Below are positions 13,067 to 22,700 of a stretch of DNA of 64,000 bases, piece after piece (the stretch's first letter is position 1; every line of letters starts with the position of its first letter). Origin of the DNA: Balamuthia mandrillaris (Eukaryota); contig JAVKOQ020000022.1 of the NCBI GenBank assembly GCA_031835245.2, forward strand, positions 62,001 through 126,000, read 5' to 3'. The notes beneath the pieces are model-generated. The model searched no databases. It worked only from the letters and a program-made list of their open reading frames with translations, and was not told the DNA's origin. A program made the position numbers and the translations under genes.

Positions 13067-13820
13067 GCGTTCCAATCATGGTGCTCAGACGGGCCAGGAG
13101 GCGCATGGGAATTTGGCAACACCAACGCCTTCTCTCCAGCAGGTCAACAGGGAGGAGGAGGCCTCATTACCCCTTCAAACCAGTTTTGTAAGGTATGCCC
13201 CCATCACCGCCTCGTGTTTGCATGTGTGGTTCGTTTTCTGATCTCTATTGCTTGTGCTCCTGACTCTAGGGGCCGATACACCACCCTCGTCAAACCCGTG
13301 CCACTGCGGCAGGGGTACGTCCTTTCATTTGACGCACATGTTTGTTTGTAGCTCACCCCCTCCCCCTCCCCCTCCAACAGTGGCCAGGCCGCTCTACACC
13401 TTGGTTGGTGTGTAGAGCGCGCCGAACCGGTAGTGTGCAAATTATTTGCACACCCCATAACCGGACCTGCTATATCGCAGGTCGTAAATTTGTATACAGG
13501 GGCAGAGCACCCCGGCATCATAACCCTGATTGACAGGGTTGTGGAAGCGAACGGGGCAACCTCATGCGTATGATGTCCATCTATGTTCGTTTTGCCAAAG
13601 TTATTCTCACATGACTTTTTCCACTTTGTTTCTTTTGCCTTCTGGGCTGTGGCTTACCGTCTAGTTGGCCTTCCCGTTCTATAAAGGTTCCTGGATTCAC
13701 AATGTGTTTTGGTATTTATCAATGTAACTCTTGCTCTCTTTTCTTGAAGGCCTTACTTTGCTTCCTTTTTCGATTTCGCTTCTCCTGTTCATCCTATAGA
13801 GGCGGTTCAATATCTACTAT
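13067..13820 (+). pseudogene. Spliced protein kinase fragment (N-lobe to about helix E), truncated
   Basis: Exons 13067-13192, 13270-13314, 13381-13567 and 13665 onward, with phase-compatible GT-AG introns, give 'RGRYTTLVKPVPLRQGGQAALHLGWCVERAEPVVCKLF...HPGIITLIDRVVEANGATSCLAFPFYKGS'. 'EAVQYL' follows near 13800. No HRD/DFG follows. Confidence 0.7.
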
Positions 13821-14708
13821 TAATCTGTTCCCATTCAACTTGATTTTTGGTGTGGGTCTTGATGAGGAGCTTGGTGAAGAGGAGGTTGGCAAAGAGGAGG
13901 TCGGCGAAGAGGAGGTTGGTGAAGAGGAGGTTGGCGAAGAGGAGGTTGGTGAAGAGGAGGTCGGCGAAGAGGAGGTCGGTGAAAGAGGAGGTTGGTGAAG
14001 GGGAGGTTGGTGAAGAGGAGGTCGGCGAAGAGGAGGTCAGTGAAGAGGTCAGTGAAGAGGTTGACAAAAAAGTTGTTGGCAAGTGGCTCAAGAAGGAGGG
14101 TACCATACATGCTGGGATGCTCAAGGAGCCTGCTGGTGAGTGACAAAGCAAGGCAGGGAGTGCAAACGAAGGTATGGTTAAAGAAGAGGATGGGGTAAGC
14201 AAAGAGCTCAGTGACTCAGCAGCTTCCTTTTGCTGAGCTTTCTTTTTCTCCTCTTCTTTTCGACACTTGTTTCGGTGGCGTTGCGTTCTTTCTTTCTGGA
14301 GCTGCCTTTTTCGCCGTGTCTTGGCTTCTTGTTCCTCCTTTTCTTGTTGTTGCTGATGGTGGAGCTGGCACTGTTCCTTTGAGGTCGAGGGCGAGGGCGA
14401 GGACGAAGGTGAAACTGAGGGTGAAGAGGGTGAGGCTAAAGAGCAAAGGAGAAAGCAAGGAAGGGCAAGGCAAAGATAAAGACAAACCTGAAGGAAAACC
14501 AAGCCTGTGTTCATTTTCAGCCTCCTCCTGTTGTTGGTCTTGGGTGGAAGGTGCTTTGGGATAACCGTGCTCGGCAATGACGGACTGAAGCATTCTTTTG
14601 TTCTCGCCTTTTTTTAAGTTGCTCCTGTTCCTCCTGTTCCTTCTCCTCCCTTTCTCTTTTCTTTTTTGCTCGCCACTCACGTTTGTATGCAGCTCGGTCT
14701 CGCTTCAT
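13807..14708 (-). pseudogene. Frameshifted low-complexity ORF (basic K/R/E coiled segments plus PTSSS repeats); possible TE-derived relic
   Basis: ATG at 14708 'MKRDRAAYKREWRAKKK', a GT-AG intron near 14448-14496, and coding-like segments split across three frames. Confidence 0.45.
13860..14062. repeat. 15-bp tandem minisatellite (GAAGAGGAGGTYGGY)n, encoding PTSSS on - or EEEVG on +
   Basis: About 12 degenerate units read directly; one unit near 13981 carries a 1-nt insertion. Confidence 0.95.
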
Positions 14709-15052
14709 GTTTGCTTTTTTATTTTGTTTGTGTTGTTTTCGTCACGAAAAATGGGGACGTTTGGAGGGTGGGACCATTAGCAGGGAAACCCATACAAAAC
14801 CTTGTCCGCGCGGACAAAACTCATTCCCTCTGCTCGACAAAAAAAATTCCTGCTCGACAAAAAAAAATCCCTGTGATCTGTAAAATGGTACATAAGCAGG
14901 AAAACACACGTAGATCAAGCGTAACCGAAACGCTGGACTTTTTTCAAGACGACACGACTGATCCTTATGATCCGAGCACGCCCCTTAAATTAATAAGTCT
15001 CCCGACACGTCGTTTTCTCTCACGTTTTCCTCTCTCTTTGGGGTTTGCTTGT

Positions 15053-15105
15053 TTTGTAGCTCACCCCCTCTCCAACAGTGGCCAGGCCGCTCTCTACACC
15101 TTGGT
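15053..15105 (+). repeat. Dispersed direct repeat of 13345-13405 (intron 3' end plus start of the kinase exon)
   Basis: tttgtagctcaccccctc...ccaacagtggccaggccgctct(ct)acaccttggt occurs at both sites. Confidence 0.9.
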
Positions 15106-15141
15106 GGTTGAGAAAGTGATGAGAAGAGGACACCCAGAGAG

Positions 15142-15535
15142 TTATCCACCATGACAAAAGACAAGGAGATAAGGGCCTTGCCGGTCACCGCTAATGTGGC
15201 TGTGGAAAAAGCGCCCACACTGTTGCAAATAGTGTCAGCATCTACCACCATTTTGGGTTATTGCTGAATGGGTGGTTCAGCATAAGAAGAAGTAAAAGGT
15301 ACCTCCACGTAGGAATTGTGCTGCAAGAAGTTGGCTATGAGTTGGGCCACTCCCGGAAATGTCACTATATGAGTGGGCAGCATGTTGATAACCTCACCAT
15401 TGGAGTTGATTGATATGTTAGGAGGATAATAGGTGGCGAGGAAACTTGCTGGATCTTCAAAGAATAAGTCACTTTCGTCCTTGTATTCATGCGTCAGCTG
15501 CCCTCTGTTTATCGCATTACAAAGAAATGTTGTCA

Positions 15536-15577
<42 letters not shown>

Positions 15578-17515
15578 CCTCCCAAAGAAAGCAGGGAATG
15601 GTATACGTCGGAGGTGGCTCGCAAGTCAGAAATTGCATTGGAATAGGGGCATGAAGATGGGAGTAAAACGGTGTGGCGTGGCAGGGCGTGAGAAAGTGAA
15701 CAGCACTATCGTTGCGGAGACGTCCCGCCGCATGTTCCTCCCGAAGGTAGCGCATAACTTGCAGTGGTCCACGTTGGTGCACCACCGATAAGTAGAGAGC
15801 TGGTACCACCTGACCCACCATTACCACGAATATAACACCCACTACCATCCACCTCTGCCATCGTGCCCCTCTTCCTCTTTCTCCTCCTCTTCCTTGCGGC
15901 CCTCCTTTTCTTTCTCCAGCACTGCGTTGGCGTTGTTGTAATCGTTGTTCCTGCAGTTTGTTTCTTCTATCCTTACTTTGCTGATTGTTAGTTTGATCCT
16001 TGGCGCTAGATGCATCGCCATCACAACGGCTATCATTGTTATCGTGCTTCTTGCGTGGGTCGTAGTAGTACTGCCAAAGCCAGTTAAGAGCATATCCGCT
16101 ATAAAGGTTGGTTACTGGCAGCATAGCGAACAGAAACCTTATAGTTGCCGTTATTAGCAATGGTGAACCGCAATGCTCATACAATATTAAAGGGTCACAA
16201 AATACCTGAACTCTTTATGAGCCAACAAACTGTACCAAAATACAGTCCACAGCACGAGCGAGGCGAGCAGGTAGCGCCGCGATAGATAGACGCCAGCCAG
16301 AAAGAGGGGCAGGTAGGTTATAAGGATAGTTGGCAATCCCTGGCTCAAGTACCAGTGCCACGCATGGGTACCGTAGAACGAACCCACCCCCTTCATCACG
16401 TTGAAGTACACAAAGTTGTAGGGAACGAATGTCCATTCTCCATACATCACTCTGTCCACAACGCCTCCAGCTGCCAACACTGCCCCACTTATGGGTCGAG
16501 TTAGCTGAGGATGATAGTGGAGGATAAGAAAAAGGGCAAGAGATCTTACGCAGTAGGGGCTACGTGAACAAACACAAAGCGGAAGCGATCCTTGCAAAGC
16601 AACAGGTGGTGAAGGCCCAAGAAGGCCCATATCAGGGCGCTCGTTGGTCTAAGTAGCACTGTTAATGTTGCCAAGGCTACACTTATCACCCTTTTCCTGT
16701 TACCATTCAGACCCGAGGCAAGATATAGAAAGAAGAGCGTTGAGAATGAGTTGTTACCTTCGCAAAACGGAGGCGGGCAATAGTGAAGGCTGCCAGGGCC
16801 AATGATACAGAACGACGGTACAGAGCACGGCCTCTGCCGAGTTCGAGAGTGTACGCACTCCACAATAGAACGTGAACCAGGAGAGCAGCTGCACCACCAT
16901 CTATTCTTTCCGTCACCGATTGTTAACCATTTTTTCTCCTTCCTTTCCCAGCACAGTGTCTTCTGTGGGAGCAACAAACCGTCCAACGAGCAACAAAAGG
17001 GCCACAGTGTGAGTCGGCCAGCTTGTACGTGTAGACGTCGCCAACCACCTGCAACAAGGCTTGCAGCAGCCGTGGTCCATACGCCTTCACACAGACAATG
17101 CATTTTGTGAATCAACTCAACGCGTAGGGAGAGAGAGAGAGAAACAAACCACCGCCTCAGCAAAGTCGAGGGAGAGCAGCTGAAGGAGCTTGTAGAGAGC
17201 AGCAAAAGGGAGTGGGTGTAGGTACGACCTCAGCCGGGCATGAGGCCGCCACTCCCAAGTGAGGTAGCCATAGCCAAACACGGTGTTGTGGGCCACCTCC
17301 AAGCTCTGCCAGTACTCATCCGCCGCAAAGTAGGTCTGCACCAAGAGGGCATTGCAGCAACGGTAGGCCACCAACGCAGCCACCAGCAGGCACCACCGTC
17401 GCCAGCCGGCCTCCTGCTTTTGCTGCTTGGAAGCCTCCTCCTGCTCAGCAGCAGCAGCTGAAGAAGAGGAAGAAAAGCCAGACCACCACCACCACCACCA
17501 CCATGAGGAGAACAT
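15142..17515 (-). CDS. PIGB: GPI mannosyltransferase 3 (PIG-B/Gpi10, GT22)
   Basis: 'QTYFAADEYWQSLEVAH..FGYGYLTWEW', 'LRPTS', 'FYGTHAWHWYLSQG', 'HKEFRF', 'HQRGP', 'PCHATPFYSHLH', 'FLTCEPP'. Last exon reads 'CGRFFHSHISGD...GG*'. Confidence 0.95.
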
Positions 17516-17735
17516 CTTTGTGGGAGGGGCGGGGGCAGGGGGGGGGAGGGGCGTGAGAGAGACTTTCACACTGCGTTACGCCCGCGGTCTGCAAAAATTT
17601 CGAAGGAAAGATAAAAAAAAAAAAAAGGCGAAAGAGAGGAGAGTAGGGAGCGGGGCAGGCAAGGTGGAGGAAGAAGAAGAGCAAACCCGGAGGGAGGGAG
17701 GGAGGGAGCGGGAGGGAGAGGGGGAAGGGCGTTCC

Positions 17736-19706
17736 ATGTGGCCAAAGAGGAGCAGCAGCAACAGCGGCCGAAGTGGCGGCAGGAAGAAGCTGCCCCAATG
17801 TGCTGAAAGCCAAGACGAGGTGGAAGGGGAAGAAGGCACGAACGGAGGGAGGAAGCAGCTGCTACGCGCTGCAACGCAGCAGGACCTCTTGACCGAGTGT
17901 GCCACTCAGTTGTCGCCTGCTGCTTCGCCGGAGGAGCGCAGCCGGAGCGGTAGTAGATCCTCTGCGCTGTTACGCATGGCCACCCAACAAGACCTGTTTG
18001 CCGAAGAAGATTACCCCCAGGAGCAAGAAGACGGCGATGAGGAGGCTGAAGAGGGAGACAACGAGTTGGACAGGTCGGTGGAGCTCTCCATTTTGGAGGC
18101 CTCCACGCAGGAGGAGGACTTTCAGTACTCCCTCACGCCTTCTTCCACCTCTCCTTATTCCTCCTCCTGCCCTTCTCCTTCCTCCTCCCTCAGCAGCGCG
18201 CCAACTCAACCTGATGGACCCTCCCAAGCCTCTTCCACTTTCGGCAACCACCAGGACTTGATCCACGTCGCTGCCACTCAGCCAGACTCTGCCTCACAAC
18301 ATCCGAGCGCCTTCCACTGTGACTCGCCCTCTCCAGATGTGGAGTCACTTCCAACTCAACTCGACTTTGCCTCGCTGAGCGCCTCACAATACCTTCGCTC
18401 TCCTCTTTTGTTGGGAGAGGAAGAACAAGAAGCAGAGTCGCAAAGCAACAAAAACGAGGAAAGCTTCATGGACCTCCCCACTCAAAAAGATGTGGACCTA
18501 TCTCTGTCGCTATCGTTGTCTCATCATCAGCACCAACTATCACCAACCTCACATCACAGCTCTCCTCTTGTTTTGCTGTTCTCTTCTCCTCCATCCTCTC
18601 CTTGTCCAACAACACCGGCTTCTCCATTGCCATCATCGTCAACCTCCTCAACTTCTTCCGACAACTCACAACATCACCCGCAACAGCAGCAACAGGAGGC
18701 GAAGGAGGCAACCAATGAAGCGAAAACAAACAACCACGCTGAAAATGAAAAGCGAAAAGAAACAAGAAAAGAGAAAGAGAAAGAGAAAGAAATAACGTCA
18801 CGAGGAAAGGAAGTGGACCAAACGAAACGAGAAGAAAAGGCGGAGGCGAAGCGAAAACAACAAGAAACTACTAAACAGGAGGAAGAGGAAAAGCAGCTAT
18901 TGCAACAGGAAGAGGGTAGCCAACGGAAGAAGTTGCGGACCGCCACATCCAAAGAAGCATCATCACAGAAGCGACCACACGAAAAACAAACTGTAGTAGG
19001 TTACCTAATTCCTACTGCCTCAACAACCCAAGCAAAGGGGAAAGATGGAAGCAACGGCAAAGGAGATAAAGCATTGCCAGTGACGGAGCAGCACCCCATC
19101 ACGATGGGACGGCATGCCAAGTGCGACGTGCGAATCCGAGACGGCCATATCAGCACCACTCACTGTACAATACGTGCCCTCCCCGTCACCGCTTCTTCCT
19201 CTTCTTCTAGCCACAATAATGTTAATAACAAGGAGGAAGGGAAAGTGTGGCAAGTGGTGGTGGAGGATCAGAGCACCAACGGCACCTTTGTCAACGAAGA
19301 GCTTGTAGGCAAAGGCAATCGTCGCGTCCTTTTGGATGGAGATGAAATAAGCCTTGTGGCTCCTCCCTCCGAGAGCACCGTCAACGATGATATTCCTTCC
19401 ATTATTTATACTTTTAGACACTCCTTGAAGAAACCTCTTTCTGCCTATCCCCCTTTCTTTTTTCATCTTTTTCTCCTGAGAATGAAGAGGATAAGGCGAA
19501 AGTGTCCATTTCCTTACATGGTTAGCCACACCTCCTCCTCTTCATCTTCAACTCCGTCTTGTACATTCGGACTTTCTTCCCCCTGTTGCTCTTCCTCGTC
19601 TTCACTTGCGTTTTCTTGCTGCCGCCCTTCAGAATCATCAAGCTCCTCTTCTTCTGGTTCTGCTTCTTTAACTCCATCTTCTTCTTCTTCTTCTTCATTA
19701 CTATAA
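17736..19706 (+). CDS. SQ/TQ-cluster protein with a C-terminal FHA domain and no kinase domain; 3' end uncertain
   Basis: Eight TQ motifs in an acidic N-terminus. FHA 'ITMGRHAKCDVRI...ISTTHCTI...VEDQSTNGTFVN...LLDGDEI' at about 19095-19350. The frame stays open to 19706, overlapping the convergent gene. Confidence 0.8.
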   Translation: MWPKRSSSNSGRSGGRKKLPQCAESQDEVEGEEGTNGGRKQLLRAATQQDLLTECATQLSPAASPEERSRSGSRSSALLRMATQQDLFAEEDYPQEQEDGDEEAEEGDNELDRSVELSILEASTQEEDFQYSLTPSSTSPYSSSCPSPSSSLSSAPTQPDGPSQASSTFGNHQDLIHVAATQPDSASQHPSAFHCDSPSPDVESLPTQLDFASLSASQYLRSPLLLGEEEQEAESQSNKNEESFMDLPTQKDVDLSLSLSLSHHQHQLSPTSHHSSPLVLLFSSPPSSPCPTTPASPLPSSSTSSTSSDNSQHHPQQQQQEAKEATNEAKTNNHAENEKRKETRKEKEKEKEITSRGKEVDQTKREEKAEAKRKQQETTKQEEEEKQLLQQEEGSQRKKLRTATSKEASSQKRPHEKQTVVGYLIPTASTTQAKGKDGSNGKGDKALPVTEQHPITMGRHAKCDVRIRDGHISTTHCTIRALPVTASSSSSSHNNVNNKEEGKVWQVVVEDQSTNGTFVNEELVGKGNRRVLLDGDEISLVAPPSESTVNDDIPSIIYTFRHSLKKPLSAYPPFFFHLFLLRMKRIRRKCPFPYMVSHTSSSSSSTPSCTFGLSSPCCSSSSSLAFSCCRPSESSSSSSSGSASLTPSSSSSSSLL

Positions 19707-22700
19707 GCATCAATATCATCCCGTTCTTGCTCAGTCGTTGTTTCCTCGTACTCATCGATGTAGTCCTCCTCCTCGTTGTGCGAAGGATGGTTGGAGCGAG
19801 AAGGAAGGAACCTCGCCAGCGCATTTTTGAGGAAGGCCTTTGCTGCGGATTGCTCAGGAAGAAGATAGGGCAGCTGATGCTTTATGCAGCTGGCTATAAG
19901 GCTTGACAATACCTGATCGTAACGCATGAAGGCGTTGGTCACTTCATCATCCTCTTGCGCCGTTGATGCGCGTGTCTTCCAAAGCACTTTAACCGCTTGC
20001 AGACTAGCAGGTACTAGATCTTTTCCTCCTACTCCACCCCCGCCTTCACTACCTCCTTTTCGTTGTTGCTGTTGTGCTTGTTTTTGAAGAGAGTGTTGCC
20101 GAAGTACTTCACGGGCGGCTTCTATGTCCTCCTGTAGGTCCCTCCACATGCGCACCGCACAACTTCGTGCTGACCTCCACTCTTCTCCCTCCGCTGTGGT
20201 TGTTGTTGCCGGTATATCCATCGCGGCCGCCTCCACCTTCTCTTTATCTTTCTTCTCTTTGTTCCTGTGCCTCCTCCTTCTTCTATGGCTCTGTTCGTGC
20301 TCGTCCGCCAAAGACTGTTGTTGTGGCCGAATGTCAGAGGGCCAAAATGGAGTTGCAGCAAGGTCCTTGACGGCTGCTTCCGCAACCGCAACGAGGCTTT
20401 TCTCATTGAGGAGCTTGGCTTGATACGCCGCTGTTGCAGCTCCCACAAACGTCCTGAAGAGATGGCATGCGTCCATCGTGACAGAACTAGCATCACCTTT
20501 CTGTCTCAAATCCTCTTTTGCCTCCATCAACTCTCTTTCGGCTTGCTCTTCCCGTTGGTTAGTCCGCGCCCTGGCGGGGTGATGTCGTAGGTAGTGCCAT
20601 AACCTCTCTTTTGCCTGCTGTTGGCCTCCCCCACCACCTTGTTCCTCGTCGGTAAGCGAACGAGGTGAGATTGGTGAGGCGGATAATGATAGTGCTTGCC
20701 TGGTACCCTCCTCATCTCCCACCAACAGCTCATTGCTGGACAATGGCATCTTCACAAAGGCATGCACGTTTCCCATCACGCTGGATACTGAAGACAAGAA
20801 ACGTTTGGTCTCTTCTACCGTGCTGGATGAGTTGGAGTGCTGGTTGACGAGGTTAAGACCGTTGAGAGTAATTGGAGAACGTGTACCCGTAACTAACACA
20901 AACTGGTACTCCGGATAGAGCAGCATGTACTGCTTCAGCTTTTGTTGATAGCGTAAGCCTTTTTCCATAAGCTCTACTCTGGCATTTGGTGCCTGTCATA
21001 GAGGTCGATACCACCAGGAGAAGAACATGATAAGATGGTTAAAAGCGATAACTGGTTGGATAACAAAGGGATAAATACCTCTTCAACTGGGTCTGCTATG
21101 ACTTCTGCCTGAGGAGAAGTGGGAGGTGGCAATTGCTTACGGGGCACAGATGGAGACCAAGCTGCTGCCCTGTGAGTCTTGACTAGGGAGGACGACGTGG
21201 AAATGGAGTGAGGAATGAGACCGTATGCATCAGTAGCAGCAGCCGGGCGGGTGGGAATTGAGGACGACTGGTTGAGGCTCTTGGAGATGTTAGCATCAAT
21301 ATTGTAGTCGGTGAGCTGCAATAGAGTTCTGGAGGGTAGGCCCAGATCGTTCAGGATACAGTGGGTCATCTCAACTAGCTCACTGGACGAATGGTTGGCG
21401 ATGGTCAAAGGGGGCTTCCCTTTGAAGAGAACAGCACCGCGCCTGAGTCTCGCAGCAGATTGAGGAGACATGGTGGGCTCTCGTGGTCGTTGTCGTGGTG
21501 ATAGTTCCTGTGCTTTGAGACGCTCTTCCTGTTCTCGTGCTCGAAGCTTGGTATCAATGGCCTCTTTGCCATCGGTAAGGAAAACAAGAGCTTCCTTGTT
21601 GTCATGAGCCAGCTCTTTGAGCAGCTGCAAGGCACCGGGATAGGGTGTTTGGGGAGGGAATCCTCCAACTTCATCCCAGGATAGGTAGGATTGGGTGGAG
21701 GGTTGCAGCGGGTACGCCGGACTCATTATCACGTCGTACATGCCGCACAATATCTTCACGCGGCCAGCAATAATATTGGGCGATGATGTTGCCGTCTCCT
21801 TTATGTCGAAAGTAACGGTAGTCTGATTGCCATTATGACGCTGATGGCCTTTGCCCCTCTCCTCCTCTTGCACCAGATTACCTTGTTGTTTTGTTACTGA
21901 TTCCTCCTTCGCTTGTTGCTCCTTCCGCAAGAGTTCCTCCTTTTTTCGCTCAGCCAATTGTACTGCTTTGATGCCTTCCTCCAAGATATGATCCAAAACC
22001 AAACCAGTAAAGTTGATGGTTCCATGTTTGTCAAGACAGGCCTTCAGCCGCTTGTCCTCGGTCTTGAAGAGAAACAGGCCTTGCTTTAGTCTATTCGTGA
22101 CGGGAATTTCCTTCTCCACGGCCTCCAAGAAATCAAAGAGGATACGGTGAAGGTTAAAGTGAGCATGCTGGGCTCTGCAAGCAGCGTAGCCCTTATCCTC
22201 CGCCATCAGTTTTTTCTCCATCTCCACCAATTCTTGCTTGAGGGGCTTATGCTCAGTTGTTGGCTGCTGCAAGCCACCCTCATCCTCATCGACAGCGGCA
22301 AGAGGGCATTCATCGTCTTCCTCCTTCGATGGTTGAGCTTTAAGCAATTGCTTGCCACCACCACGATCCAGCTCGTTTTTGAGTGCTGTCAATTGTTCTC
22401 CATTGGTGGAGCATAGTAGGTAACTCACAACCTCTTGACAGAGGAAAGGTTCACGCTCCTCTCCTTTGCAGAACTTGTGAAGCCAATAAGTAGCACAAAG
22501 CATTTCTGAGATAATACGCTTCCTTGTGGGGGCGCTGAGTTCAGGCCCTTTTGTCACACAGATCACATGAAGCAACTGTCGGAGGCTTCCATTCACTAAC
22601 GTAACATTTAACCAAATCAATATAAGCGAGAGAGAGAGAGAGAGAGAGAACGGAAAGGTAGTGCGAAAAGTATTTGAACTATACGTACAGCAGAAGAAGC

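Noticed and set aside
13860..14062. CRISPR-like array
   Set aside because: Head-to-tail 15-bp units with no unique spacers, no cas genes, and a eukaryotic context.
13060..15140. Fanzor/TnpB nuclease ORF downstream of tnpA
   Set aside because: I found no RuvC (D-PG, E-L, DRD-NA) or CxxC zinc-finger motifs in the frames examined; the sequence reads as a kinase fragment plus low-complexity relics.
17427..17735. His-tract N-terminal extension of the FHA ORF
   Set aside because: Starts at a non-ATG codon and overlaps the PIGB start and divergent promoter; ATG 17736 is the more plausible start.
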